This document shows positions 1 to 12,300 of a stretch of 64,000 bases of DNA, in pieces (positions within the stretch are counted from its first letter, which is position 1; the number at the start of each line of letters is the position of its first letter). Source of the DNA: an uncultured Nitrososphaerota archaeon (GTDB lineage: Archaea; Thermoproteota; Nitrososphaeria; Nitrososphaerales; CADDZS01); the NCBI GenBank assembly GCA_963799845.1, contig CAWCYI010000004.1:800001-864000 (forward strand), given 5' to 3'. Both the position numbers and the translations under genes were made by a program. The notes beneath the pieces were generated by a model. The model had not been told where the DNA came from. It saw only the letters and a list, made by a program, of their open reading frames with translations, and ran no database searches.

Positions 1-81
1 CAGTCCGCGCTATTGTCGAAGCAAGAAAGCTCGTATGGTCGGAAAAATAAAACATCGAAATTGAGAGGTGAAAAGTAAAGC

Positions 82-483
82 ATGATAGGTATAGTTCAAC
101 TGATAACAGCAATTGCAGCAGTTTCAACCCTTGTAATCGGGACAATCGTGGTCTGGATCTTGATGGGTTACTACTCAGTAAGAATCCTCAGAAGCTTCAA
201 GGGTGGGTTGTTGAGCAACGGCTGGAAATACATCTGCATTGCCGTGCCATTCCTAATCTTCGGACAATTGGCGACTAGCATGAGCGGCTCGGATTCAATC
301 TCTGTGACCCTGGAGCAAACTTTCAAAGTCCTTGGCGCATCTCTTTCCCTGATAGGAGGCATCATGATCGTCATAGGGTTTAGGTCGCAGTACAGAATAT
401 GGAATCCGAAGGGAATGAAATCTGCTCCAACTACTGCTGAGCAAGAACCAGTTTCCCAACAGGTAGTGGCCAAGACTACCTGA
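82..483 (+). CDS. small multi-pass membrane protein, unknown function
   Basis: 133-aa ORF with 3 hydrophobic segments; GAGGTG SD-like motif upstream. Confidence 0.75.
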   Translation: MIGIVQLITAIAAVSTLVIGTIVVWILMGYYSVRILRSFKGGLLSNGWKYICIAVPFLIFGQLATSMSGSDSISVTLEQTFKVLGASLSLIGGIMIVIGFRSQYRIWNPKGMKSAPTTAEQEPVSQQVVAKTT

Positions 484-667
484 CGGACTAGACTCAAAAT
501 GTCAGGACGGTCCCGCAGTTGATGCCTGACCGACCCTTCTACTACCACCCCCTTCCTTTGTACACACATGGGAACTAGTATAAAAAAGGTGAAAATATGT
601 GCTCTAAAAATTTATGTGCCTGTCGTTCGACGCGGGAGTCCTAACCTGTTGAAAGGATTTGCGAAAT

Positions 668-1102
668 CTAATGATTCAATTTTTCGACAGCAGCCTTCGG
701 CTCTATTCTCTTAATCCTCGGAATCCGATCGTAAATAGAGTCGGTTGAAATAATCGTGTGATCGGGATCTGCGAGGAGACAGGAAGCTGCATGGTACGCA
801 TCGAACACGGAGGCAATGTCGTAAGTCGCAATCAGAGACAGCGCGAGAAGATCTGTGTCAGTCGTAGTTGACGGCCACTCAATGTTTTTGATACGTGTGA
901 GGGCTCCGATTCTAGATAGTGCCTCCTGCGGGGTGCTCCCACTTCTATCCAATAGATAATAGAGTTCGTGCAGCGATTCTCTGCAGGTATAGACGGTTCC
1001 AAATTTTCCATTCTGAACCGCGCGGAGGAATTCTTCAGCAGTTTCTTTGAGCCAGTCCTTTTCCTTAATGTGGGCAAACAATATGTCGGTTTCTATGAGC
1101 AT
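668..1102 (-). CDS. vapC: PIN-domain VapC toxin
   Basis: MLIETDIL start, ESLHEL, FDAYHAA and STDSIYD acidic PIN motifs; directly downstream of an AbrB-like gene. Confidence 0.85.
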   Translation of the reverse strand: MLIETDILFAHIKEKDWLKETAEEFLRAVQNGKFGTVYTCRESLHELYYLLDRSGSTPQEALSRIGALTRIKNIEWPSTTTDTDLLALSLIATYDIASVFDAYHAASCLLADPDHTIISTDSIYDRIPRIKRIEPKAAVEKLNH

Positions 1103-1138
1103 GCTGATTGCGAACTCCAAAAGAGAGGGTCGTTTTCG

Positions 1139-1402
1139 CTAAATCTGTTTTCTACGTCTCGCTCCAGAAACAGCGTCCCTTGCGGCATTTTCCTCCGCCA
1201 GAGCTCCCAATTTGCCGTTTCTCTCTCTGGCTTTCATCCATCCGCCAGAGGTGGAGAGAGGATCCGGCGGTATGGGTATTCCCAGAAAATACGAATCCAC
1301 GTCAATTATTACAACTGTGCTCCCTGGCTCGGCAATTTCCCTGGAAAGCTTTATTCTCCCCCGATCATCAACTTTTGATATCTGTGCCACTTTCTTCCCC
1401 AA
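1139..1402 (-). CDS. vapB: AbrB/MazE-type VapB antitoxin
   Basis: KVDDRGRIKL swapped-hairpin motif; upstream of PIN gene; start may be GTG 1390. Confidence 0.8.
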   Translation of the reverse strand: MGKKVAQISKVDDRGRIKLSREIAEPGSTVVIIDVDSYFLGIPIPPDPLSTSGGWMKARERNGKLGALAEENAARDAVSGARRRKQI

Positions 1403-1597
1403 TTATGAGAATTATCCCCGAGGTAAATATCTTTCTCCGTGGAGGAGATACCGTTCTAGACGACCTCCGCCCTGAAATGAGCCTGAGGCCGGAATAATGG
1501 TTAGAAGCTGCATTGAACTCGGCGTTTCGAGGTTAATATTGCCAGAAGAGCTTGAAGCGAGTTGTTTCAATCAGACAGAGATCATTCTTGACTTTGC

Positions 1598-2017
1598 TCA
1601 GCCGATGAAAATAACTCCCTCAAGTCCCTTGAAATGTGGGTCTCCGCTAATGACTTGCGCTCTACGCGACCGGCCTGTGGCATAGACGACCGAATCTGCG
1701 ATGGGCCAGTTTCTGATCCTCTTCTTCATGAGAAAATCAATCTGTCCTGCTTCCAAGCTCAATGCCATGTCAAGCGGCACAACTTGTGATACCGATTCGA
1801 TGAACGCAAAGTGTTTCTGCATTTCTTGTTCACTCCTCCTACCTGCTTCAATCTCTCTCAAGTACCATTTTCTGAGTTCGACGATGACAATTGATGGGGT
1901 AAAAGAATGGCCGCCGTCGATGTACTCCTTTGAAATCTTTCCCGACTTGGAACCGATCAAATACTCTACCCAGGCATAAGTGTCGATTACGAATTCGCCA
2001 CTAGAGCTTGTGTTCAA
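1598..2017 (-). CDS. vapC: PIN-domain VapC toxin
   Basis: FVIDTYAWVEY, IADSVVYAT and SGDPHF motifs; TTG start at 2017 overlaps the antitoxin stop. Confidence 0.85.
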   Translation of the reverse strand: MNTSSSGEFVIDTYAWVEYLIGSKSGKISKEYIDGGHSFTPSIVIVELRKWYLREIEAGRRSEQEMQKHFAFIESVSQVVPLDMALSLEAGQIDFLMKKRIRNWPIADSVVYATGRSRRAQVISGDPHFKGLEGVIFIG

Positions 2018-2198
2018 GCTCCAGTTCCCGCCTGAACGGCCTCGATCCTTTGCAGGATCCAAATAGTGATTCCGGCATCCGGGACTCTTTCTTTGCCAAT
2101 TTTCCTATGACCTCGTCATAGCTTTTAAGTCCCATTTCATTTTTGAGCTTCTCTAATAGACGTCGCGTTTCGTTGCTTATCTGAACTGTCGTGGACAT
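2001..2198 (-). CDS. vapB: VapB-type (RHH-like) antitoxin
   Basis: MSTTVQISNETRRLL...SYDEVI...SLFG pattern; overlaps the toxin start. Confidence 0.85.
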   Translation of the reverse strand: MSTTVQISNETRRLLEKLKNEMGLKSYDEVIGKLAKKESRMPESLFGSCKGSRPFRRELELEHKL

Positions 2199-2495
2199 TG
2201 CTATAGACCTATAGTTATAGGCTTATAACGATTATTCCTCGGGCCCTAGAACCTGGCTCCACACTTCTCAAAATCAGAGGTACGGATCTCAAAGGATCAT
2301 CGTCTATTGTCGTGTGAATCTGGAATTCCTCGGTGATACATCTCTAATAGCATCTTTTCACGGGTAGTGTCAGATGATTAAGTTGACTTTTCTTGGAAGG
2401 TTCCAGATGTCTGAGAAGCTCGTCCCGTCGCCGAAGAAGGAAAATGGCTGTGTCTTTACTCCGCTTGAAATCTGACAATTTGATTTGAGGCTTGT

Positions 2496-2531
2496 AAAGG
2501 ATCGAAAAACAGAAAAGGATCGAAAAACAGA
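2496..2531 (+). repeat. 18-bp tandem duplication (AAAGGATCGAAAAACAGA x2)
   Basis: two exact adjacent copies. Confidence 0.8.
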
Positions 2532-2566
2532 AAGGCCTTTATCGGAGATGTAGTCTAACAAATGAT

Positions 2567-2839
2567 ATGATGTCCGAAAAGCAAAGTGGAGACAGCGGAT
2601 GTCTGAATCCGCAGAGAGTTATTTCGGGTAGCAAAGACGAAATGGCAAAGATGTTTGGAACGCATGATTGGGACGTCGACTCCGGGAAGCCTTATGGCGA
2701 GGGCGGAGTGGTCATTCACTATAGCTGCAAAAGATGCAATGCTGAAGGATACTCACTTGTGACTACAAAGGACTCGCCGACTTCCAAAATGATCGAGAGA
2801 AGAATCTTGAACCCGTTCATGGAATCGACACGTCTCTGA
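2567..2839 (+). CDS. small hypothetical protein, possible Zn ribbon
   Basis: 90-aa ORF with HDW and CKRC motifs. Confidence 0.55.
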   Translation: MMSEKQSGDSGCLNPQRVISGSKDEMAKMFGTHDWDVDSGKPYGEGGVVIHYSCKRCNAEGYSLVTTKDSPTSKMIERRILNPFMESTRL

Positions 2840-2960
2840 GATTGAATCCTCCCAAGCACCGCGTCTGAACTTAGCTTCCAGACAATTACCTGCCGTCGAC
2901 GTTTCTAGTAAACAGAATGTATTTTGTCTTGATTACAATATGTAAAATATCGAATGGGCA

Positions 2961-3191
2961 TTGTCGGAAGTCGTAAGTGTAAGAATAAAGAAAGAGACGA
3001 AAGATACGCTCGAACGCAATGGAGTGAATATCCCGAATGCAGTCCGCAGTTATCTCGAGGAACTTTCCTTGAAGGTTCAGAGTCGTAAAAAGGCAAATGA
3101 ACTTCATCAATTGATTGAGAATAAGGTCAGGCCTTCAAGGAAAGGATCTGCGGTATCAAGCGTGAGAGAGGACAGGGATCGTGAGCACTGA
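2961..3191 (+). CDS. vapB: orphan VapB/CcdA-like RHH antitoxin
   Basis: SEVVSVRIKKE...SVREDRD pattern typical of archaeal antitoxins; TTACA-ATA-TGTAA palindrome just upstream; only a 22-codon overlapping stub follows. Confidence 0.75.
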   Translation: MSEVVSVRIKKETKDTLERNGVNIPNAVRSYLEELSLKVQSRKKANELHQLIENKVRPSRKGSAVSSVREDRDREH

Positions 3192-3392
3192 ATTTTTTGA
3201 CATTCTTTCCCCATCGACCGAGAAATCAGAGAATGGAAGCTTTAGATGATATTGCCAGTAAAAGCAAAATCACGGAGAAGGACACATTGGAGTTAGGCGA
3301 CGCCTTGAAAAGAGATCTCGCTGCACGATACAAGATTGCCATGAGGAGAAGGCATGGCAGTTGAAACTAGTGGTCGATTCAATGGGGGCGAA

Positions 3393-4785
3393 TTATGACG
3401 ATGCGAAATATATCTGGGAAGTTGTTCCACTGGTGTACGCCCAGGCCGCGTAGCAGTTAGTGCCGAAGCTGGATAGGGCAAACAGCGTTATGTCGTAGTT
3501 TCCCGCAGCTACTCCCTTTGCGTTGTTGCTGATGTTAATCGGCGAGCTCCATGTAGCCCCGCTGTTCCCGCTGTATGAAATATATGCATGCGATACCGAA
3601 CTTGATCCCACCGCTTGACCCCACAGCAGGAAAACGTTGACTCCGTCAGAGGTGAAAAGGTGGCCGTAAGCCGCTCCCCGGGTTGAAAGAGCCGCATTTG
3701 CTTCTACAGGCGTGCTCCAAGTCGGACTGTTGGAAGCGACATTGGTCGCCGATGTAACGTACACCGCTCCGTTGGCAAGAGAGCGAAACGTCGTGAAAAT
3801 GTTCGTCCCGAATGCAACGTTTTGCGGTTCCCAAGTGTCCTCCTTCAAGTTCCCGCTCAAGATCTGTACTGGTCCCCAGGTCTTCCCGCCGTCCGTGCTC
3901 GTCACTCCGCCGTCTACGTAACGAACACCCGGTGATGTGCTGTTAGCCTCCCACGTCACAAAAACAAGATTTCCACTGGCCGCAACCCACGGCTCGCGTC
4001 CTTCATTGGGAAATGGTGAGTTGAATACGATAGTCGGCGCGCTCCAAGTTAATCCATTGTCGTAGCTTGCTTCAAAGTACACTCCATCTGCCGTAACGTA
4101 GGCATTACTTCCAGAGGCAACTATCTCTTGCTCTCCGCGCGACGACGGATTGAGCTGGATAGGAGCACCCCATGTCGCGCCGTTGTTATTACTGACGCTT
4201 ACTGCAATGCATCCGCCTCCCGCGTTCGAAGAACACCCGGTAGTCTGGAACCAAGTCATGTACAAGTTTGACCCAGATGCTGCGACAGCAGGAGTAATTC
4301 CTCCCTCGGGTACTAACTTGAGTTGTCTTGAAGCTGACTCCGTTGTTTGTACTTACGGCCGCAAAGATTTGTAATCCGGTAGATCCGACGGCCTGCGCCC
4401 ACGAGATTAGGACAGTACCGCCCGCAACGGATTGATTTTGAGTAAACATGACGGGAAATTGTGTGGTGTGCCCAGGATTGCTGATCTTCAGTGCGGCCGA
4501 AGTAAGGGGTGGAACCCAAATCTTACCGCCATCGGAGCTTGCCCTGAAAAACAAACCGCCGCTACCTTCGGTCCAAGCAACATACACGTTGTCTCCGTTG
4601 CTGGAAACGGCCGGCTCGGTTGCTTTTCCGGAATCGTGGCTCAGGTTAACTGCACTGCCGAACACCGGCGTTCCTGCCGCATAGGTAGTTGGAACAGCGA
4701 CAGACGGTACAACGAGCAAAACGAAGCAAGACAAGACGGCCGCGATAATGCAAATCTGACGATTCATGAATTGAAACGTTCTCAT
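3393..4785 (-). CDS. secreted Asp-box (BNR) beta-propeller, sialidase-like fold; one frame break near 4310
   Basis: signal peptide in ORF 4189..4785; six S-x-D/N-x-G-x-x-W/F boxes across that ORF and 3393..4265. Confidence 0.75.
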
Positions 4786-4957
4786 ATTTTCTCCCAGCGA
4801 CTCCTGCGAAAGAAAATTGTCGGAAGTATTTACGCATTAATGAAGAATAGGTAGGGAAGAGATCTTTGTAATTTTAAGGTGAAGAAATCATCTGATTTTC
4901 ATGTAATAGACAAAGGAACTCCCAAACACTTCCTCAGAACCGATCGGACAAGGAAGC

Positions 4958-5071
4958 TCAGTCCAGAGATTTGGAGCCGCTAGTTCCGCCCGAATTGAAC
5001 CTTTCCATCCGCGCAGGCGTGACGGCAAACATTCGAAACAGAATATTTGCATCGATGAACGTGAGCGACAT
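4958..5071 (-). pseudogene. vapC: truncated PIN toxin remnant
   Basis: MSLTFIDANILFR PIN-type start a few bp after the antitoxin stop; ends after 37 codons. Confidence 0.6.
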
Positions 5072-5077
5072 GGTCGT

Positions 5078-5353
5078 TTATTTCCACTGATTCCTTATCT
5101 TTAGTTCTAATTCTCTCGGCTTCATGCGCTCGTACTCCTTCGATAACAGGGACGAGGCCATAAGTATGGAATCCCCCCTCTTGACAATAGAATGAGACAT
5201 TGAACGCTGTGCCCTGAGATTTTGAGTTCCGAGTCTTATCGCTTCTCCGAGACAATCCGTCTCGCTCTTGAAATCGAGTTCCTTGGAGAGGTCTTTCAAC
5301 TCGTCTTTGAGACCCTTGTCGATAGTAGTCCAGACCTTCACGGTTCGAGGCAT
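5078..5353 (-). CDS. RHH-type antitoxin
   Basis: MPRTVKVWTTID...FKSETDCLGEAIR RHH pattern; TTGACAAA direct repeat upstream; followed by PIN stub. Confidence 0.65.
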   Translation of the reverse strand: MPRTVKVWTTIDKGLKDELKDLSKELDFKSETDCLGEAIRLGTQNLRAQRSMSHSIVKRGDSILMASSLLSKEYERMKPRELELKIRNQWK

Positions 5354-5802
5354 TTTTTCACTTTGACAAAAGTTGACAAATGGCAACTTCTAAAGCTTGC
5401 CAATGCAAACTTAACATGTCGTCATAGGCCAAATTTCATTGAGAGCGAGAGAATGATTACCCAGCGCAATGGCACGGTTGTCAGATAATTTAGACTGTAG
5501 TTCTTCTGGTACTGCGAGATAAGATGCTTTCATCGCTCCCGGATGAATTTCCAATTATTGAAGCGTTAACTTATTCCATCAATTCTATTGGTCGTAGATC
5601 GTCAGAGTATTATCAGAGGACCCTAGCCTAAGTCAAGGATTATTAGATTTCATTTCTCATTTGTAACAAAAGAAAAATTGTGCCATTATTGTGCGACTAT
5701 CGTGCTAGGAAATGGACGCTCGAGTCATCGTTACTCCATCGGATAATGCGGTAGGTCACCTTGTAGGAAAATGGTAAAGTAAGGCCTAATGTTAGTAAGA
5801 GT

Positions 5803-6033
5803 GTGAGTAAGTTGTTCCAGGTACGAATCAAACGGAAGGGACAGGTGACTATCCCTTCAGTGCTCAGGTCAAAACTTGGCATGGAGGAGGGAGCGCTCCT
5901 CGAAATCAAAGAAGAACAGGGCGCAATCGTGCTTCGGCTCACTCCTCGGTTGAAGGGTGGAAAGGTGGTCGGCGAAAAAGAGCATGCCCAAATCATCCGT
6001 GAACTCGATGAGTTGCGGAGAGACTGGCGTTGA
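5803..6033 (+). CDS. vapB: AbrB/MazE-type antitoxin
   Basis: IKRKGQVTIPSVLRSKLGMEEG motif. Confidence 0.85.
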   Translation: MSKLFQVRIKRKGQVTIPSVLRSKLGMEEGALLEIKEEQGAIVLRLTPRLKGGKVVGEKEHAQIIRELDELRRDWR

Positions 6034-6210
6034 CGGGCGTTGCCAACACACGGTTATTGCTTACGTTGGAGTTTCCATCCACTGAGGAGACCAAAAAACG
6101 GTTGATTTAGTCAAAAAAAGATTGTAAAGCATCTACTTGCTTCCACAATCAGTCTGGCTGAATTCATCCAGATAGCAGGGGTGAGGATGGGTGAGGTAGC
6201 TGGGTGGGTC
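6030..6210 (+). pseudogene. vapC: degraded PIN toxin
   Basis: overlapping TTG start LTGVANTRLLL (expected D is N), premature stop, then LASTISLAEF PIN-like fragment; C-terminal half missing. Confidence 0.55.
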
Positions 6211-6330
6211 GATTAGGGCACGCCCACCTTTGACGAAGGAATCAAACTGTCGGGGATCATATTCTGAGCTTCGACAATCCTCATCAATCCGAGATATATG
6301 CTCTAAACAGTTTTTCGGAGTTTCACTTAC

Positions 6331-9300
6331 CTAATGGCGCGTGTAGGTCGGTTTTATCGTAGTCGCACCGGTTACAGTACCAGAAGTGGTACCCGATGCT
6401 GTCCACGTGTGGCTGCCCGAGTGAATGGAGGAGGGAACCGACCAGGTCGTCCCAGCATCGAGCCAGTAACCTGTGGGCGTTGTGGTTAGACTTTCGTGGA
6501 CTGTGTGTCCGAATTGCGTGCCCGTGAGCACCACCGAGCCGACCGGGGGAGTCCCGCCCGAGCTTGTAAAGCTCGCCGTGACGAGATACTGGTGGTAGTA
6601 CACGAACTTCATGCTCGCGCCTGGGGTGAGGTTTATTCCGCTAGTAGCTTGACTGGTATCCCACCTCTGAGACGACGAGCCTACGATTGGGTTTGTCACG
6701 CTCCATGAAGAGCGTCCATCAAACCAGTAGGCAGTAGATGTTGTAGTCAAAACTACCCCTGTTGGGAGGCCATATTGATTCGTGGTGAACTTCGGGGCTG
6801 TCGGTGAGCCGCCTCCGACAATTGAGTAGGATAGAGTTACCCTGAACTGTTCCCAGTAAGTTGTGGTGAATGCCGTGCAGGTACCTGAGGCGCACGTGGT
6901 TGTCTTGATTGAGCCAGCGCCACCCGCGAAGACGTATCGGTGAGTAGATCCCGCGTTTGGTGCAGTTATCGTTATGGTGCACCCGCCGTTCGCAGTTACA
7001 GTAACGGCTTTACCGTTGCCCGATATTGATGTCGGTGATACGCCGCAGCCCGAGAGTGTAAACGTAGCAGTAGTTATGCCGGCACCTGGATTGCCCAGTT
7101 TGAGGGTTATCGACAACGTGACCTTCGTACTTCCCGTAACTGTCAGTGAGAAGGTTCCGGAGCTCGATGAGTGACTAGAGTCACCAGGATATTTCGCCGT
7201 AATTGTCTGGGTTCCGGATGCGCTTGGAGTGTAGGTGACCGAACATGCCGCTACTCCCGTCGAAACTTGGCTCAGAGTGCAAGTCGTTGAACCGAAGGTA
7301 CCGGAGCCTGAGGAAGAGAATGTCACCGTTCCGGTTGGTGTGATTAGAGTCCCTGACCCTGTGTCGGTTACCGTTACTTTGCACGTGACTGGAGAACTTA
7401 CCGTGGTCGATGATGGAGTGCAAGTCACCGTTACCGAGGTGGTCCGAAGAGTAGCGCTCTGAACGACAACGGTAGCTGTATTGGATGTAACATGAGCTCC
7501 CGTCACGTCAGTGACGATCAGCTCGAAGGTCCATGTGCCCGTTATGGTCGAACTGGAAGTTGTGAACGAATAGGTTGGAGAGTTCGCTCCAGAGATTGAA
7601 GAGAAAGTACCTGGACCCGGGAGCTTCCTCATACCACTGGTACGTGTAAGGCGAGGTTCCAGTTGTGACTGCAGTTGATGACAACGTTGATGTCGTGCCC
7701 TGAGTCACGGTGCCAGGAGACGAGGAAACTGTGGGGGCGACTAGGGCAGGATTGACCGTGACTGTAAGTGCACTGGAAGCTGTGCCGTCCACAGAATCTG
7801 AAACCTCGATGCAATAACTGGTAGTTGTGGACAAGGCAGCGGTTGTGTAGATGTCGGAAGATCCGGTCTGCATGATGGTGCCGGTGCACCCTCCGTCGTA
7901 GAAAGTGTAGGAGTAAGCATCAGAACCGCCCGTTGCCGTGGCCGTTATTGTTGAGGTCTGTCCAGAGTCAATCGTCGAAGGCGATGCAGAAACTGAGACT
8001 GACAGAGCAGAGTTAACTGTGACGGTCACCGTGGTTTGGGCAGTACCACCAAGCGAGTCTGTTGCCTTGATGCAGTAAGTCGTGGTAGTTGACAACGCAG
8101 CCGTTGTGTACTGGTCTGATGAAGAACTCTGCAATGCGGTGCCACTACAGGTAGCAGCGTAGAAAGCATAGGTATAGCCGCCTGATCCTCCGGATGCTGT
8201 GGCAGTAATTGTTGATGTCTGTCCGGAATCGATGGCAGTTGGAGAGGCTGAAGCTGTCAATGAAAATGCACCGTTGACAGTTACTGTGACTGTCGTCTGA
8301 GTGGTACCTCCCAGAGAGTCGGTAACGGTGATGCAGAATGTGGTGGTCGTAGATAATGCAGAAGTTGTATAGACATTGGAGGAGCCGCTCTGTAGTGGGC
8401 TACCACTGCAGGTCGAGGCGTAGAAAGCGTATGTGGTATAGGTACCTGATCCTCCTGTTGCCGTAGCAGTAATCTTCGATGTCTGTCCAGAGTCGATTGG
8501 GGAGGGCGAAGCTGAAGCAGAAAGCGACAGTGCAGGGTTGACGGTGACGGTGACCGTGGTGGGATCTGTGCCTTCAAGGGAGTCGGTCACCATGACACAG
8601 TAAGTCGTCGTAGAGGTCAGGGAGCCTGTCAAGTAGGTGTTAGACGATGTGGATTGAAGCGGGGTACCAGTGCAACTGGTGCCGAAGTAGAACGCATATG
8701 TGTAGCCGCCCGAACCACCCGACGCTGTAGCAGTAAGTGTGGAAGTCTTGCCGCTGTCAATGATGGATGGAGAAGCCGAAGCTGAGAGTGACAGAGCTCC
8801 GTTGATTGTTACTGTTACGGTCGTGGAAGCCGTGCCGCCTAATGAATCGGTGACCTCTACGCAATAGGTCGTTGTAGAGGAGAGATCAGGAGTAGAATAG
8901 GTGTTGGATGCGCCTGTCTGCAAAGTGGTGGTGCAGTCCATGAAGACGTATGTTGTGTAACTGCCGGAGCCGCCAGTTGCAGTCGCCGTGATGGTAGAGG
9001 TCTGGCCGCTGTCAATCATGGACGGTGAAGCAGAAGCTGAAAGTGTCAGTGCACCGTTTACTGTGACACTTGAAGAATTGGAAGTGGCCGTGCCGCCGTT
9101 CGAGTCTGTCACGGTGACAGAGACGGAGTAGGGGCCCGGAGTGGTGGATGTCACGGTGCATGTAAGCGAGGAGGATGTGCAGCCAGAGGCTACTGTCAAT
9201 CCGGAGGGGACTGACCAGGCGTAGCTATTACCACCGGAGCCACCGGAAGTGGTGATCGTGAACAGTGCACTGGTGACACCGTCAGCGTCGATCGCTGCAG

Positions 9301-12300
9301 ACGTGGGAGCAATGGAGATCATCAGGACAGAGCTGACTGTGACACTCGCAGAATTGGAAGTGGCCGTGCCGCCGTTCGAGTCTGTTACAGTCACGGAGAC
9401 CGAGTAGCTTCCTGCTGTTGTGGATGTGACTGTGCACGTTATACTGGAAGAGGTGCATCCAGACATCACCGTGAGTCCTGCATATGACCAGGCGTAGGAA
9501 TTGCCACCGGAGCCGCCGGTTGTGGTCAGAGTGAACGTCGCACTCGTTACCCCATCAGCGTCGATTGATGCAGTCGATGGTGAAATCGAAGCTGTGAGTG
9601 TTGAGCTGACCGTCACGGTAGCTGTATTGGAAGTAGCAGTACCACCGTCAGAGTCCGTCACAGTGACTGAGACTGAGTAGCTACCTGGAGTCGTCGAGGT
9701 AACCGTGCACGTTGTACTGGAAGAGGTGCATCCGGATGATACGGTGAGACCGGAGCCGAGAGTCCAGGCATAGACGTTTCCACTGGAACCACCTGTGGTG
9801 GTAAGTGTAAATGCGGCACCGGTTACACCATCAGCATCGATTGATGCAGTCGAGGGTGAAATCGATGCGGTGAGTACTGCATTAACAGTCACTGTTGCTG
9901 TGTTCGAAGTAATCGTACCACTGTTGGAGTCAGTTACAGTCACGGAGACGGAGTAGCTGCCTGCGGTTGTGGATGTGACCGTACAGGTCAGGTCGGTGGA
10001 GCCGCATCCGGATGATGCAGAGAGACCGGAGCCGAGCGTCCAGGAGTAGGAGTTTCCTCCGGAACCGCCTGAAGTGGTTAAAGTGAACGTCGCGCTCGTT
10101 ACACCGTCAGCATCGATTGAGGCAGAAGATGGACTAATTGAAGCAACGAGAGCTGCACTAACTGTCACAGTCGCAGTGTTGGAAGTAGCAGTACCACTGT
10201 TGGAGTCTGTTACAGTTACAGAAACTGAGTAGCTGCCTGCGGTTGTGGATGTGACCGTACAGGTCAGGTCGGTGGAGCCGCATCCGGATGATGCAGAGAG
10301 ACCGGAGCCGAGCGTCCAGGAGTAGGAGTTTCCTCCGGAACCGCCTGAAGTGGTCAGAGTGAACGTCGCGCTCGTAATGCCGTCAGCATCGATTGACACC
10401 GTCGAGGGTGAAATGGAAGCGGTGAGAGCTGCACTAACTGTCACAGTTGCGGTGTTGGATGTTACGCTACCAGCGTCAGAGTCTGTTACAGTCACGGAGA
10501 CCGAGTAGCTTCCTGCTGTTGTGGATGTGATTGTGCATGTTGTACTGGAAGATGTGCATCCTGATGACGTGGTTAGACCTGAGCCGAGTGTCCACGAGTA
10601 GACATCGCCACCAGAGCCACCTGTCGTGGTCAGAGTAAATGTGGCACTCGTTACACCGTCGGCATCGATCGATGTGGAAGATGGACTAATGGAAGCGGCG
10701 AGAGCTGCACTGACCGTCACTGTGGCTGTATTCGATGTAATCGTACCACTGTTGGAGTCTGTTACCGTTGCAGAGACGGAGTAGCTTCCTGCTGTCGTGG
10801 ATGTAACTGTGCACACCAAGTCGGTGGGGCCACATCCGGATGATACAGTGAGACCTGAGCCGAGAGACCACGAGTACTGGTTACTACCGGAGCCGCCCGA
10901 AGTGGTCAGAGTAAAAGTGGCACTTGTTACACCGTCGGCATCGATTGACGCACTTGATGGACTGATAGAAGCGGTTAAAGCTGCACTTACTGTCACTGTG
11001 GCTGTATTGGAAGTAGCAGTACCACCGTTGGAGTCCGTCACAGTCACTGAAACTGAATCGGTACCTACCGTTGTGGATGTGACAATGCATGTTGTACTGG
11101 AAGAAGTGCATCCAGAGCTGACAGTCAGGCCAGAGCTCAAAGACCAAGAGTAGGAGTTCCCTCCGGAGCCACCAGAAGTTGTGATAGTAAACGTTGCGCT
11201 TGTGACACCGTCGGCATCGATTGACGCCGTCGAGGGTGAAATGGAAGCGGTAAGAGCTGCACTTACTGTCACTGTGGCTGTATTGGAAGTGATAGTACCA
11301 CCGTTGGAGTCTGTTACCGTGACAGAAACCGAGTAGCTGCCGGGCGTCGTTGATGTGACCGTACAGGTCAGGTCGTTGGGGCCACATCCGGATGATACGG
11401 TGAGACCTGAGCCGAGAGACCAAGAGTAGGAGTTCCCTCCGGAGCCGCCCGAAGTGGTCAGAGTGAACGTCGCACTCGTAATGCCGTCAGCATCGATTGA
11501 TGCAGTCGATGGACTAACCGAGGCGGTGAGAGCTGAGTTGACGATCACAGTCGCAGTGTTGGATGTTATGCTACCACCGTTGGAGTCCGTGACAGTCACG
11601 GAGACGGAGTAGCTTCCTGCGGTCGTTGATGTAACTGTACAGGTCACGTCGGTGGGGCCACATCCGGATGATACGGTGAGACCTGAACCGAGAGACCAAG
11701 AGTACTGGTTACCACCGGAGCCACCGGAAGTGGTCAGAGTGAACGTCGCACTAGTTACTCCATCAGCGTCGATTGATGCAGAGGATGGACTGATAGAAGC
11801 AGTGAGTGCGGAGCTGACAGTCACTGTGGCTGTATTAGAAGTTACAGTACCACCATTAGAGTCTGTCACAGTGACTGAAACTGAGTAGCTTCCTGCTGTC
11901 GCGGATGTGATTGTGCATGTTGTACTGGAAGATGTACATCCGGAGCTGGCACTCAGGCCGGAGCTCAAAGACCAAGAGTAGGAGTTACCTCCGGAGCCGC
12001 CCGAAGTGGTCAGAGTGAACGTCGCACTCGTAATGCCGTCAGCATCGATTGATGCAGTCGATGGACTAACCGAGGCGGTGAGAGCTGAGCTGACGATCAC
12101 AGTCGCAGTGTTGGATGTTATGCTACCACCGTTGGAGTCCGTGACAGTCACGGAGACGGAGTAGCTTCCTGCGGTCGTTGATGTAACTGTACAGGTCATG
12201 TCGGTGGAGCCACATCCAGATGATGCAGAGAGACCGGAACCAAGAGACCAGGCGTACGAGTTCCCTCCGGAGCCACCAGAAGTTGTGAGCGTAAAAGTCG

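Noticed and set aside
2408-2476. 22-codon ORF MSEKLVPSPKKENGC resembling the start of 2567..2839
   Set aside because: Similarity is limited to MSEK and GC; too short to support
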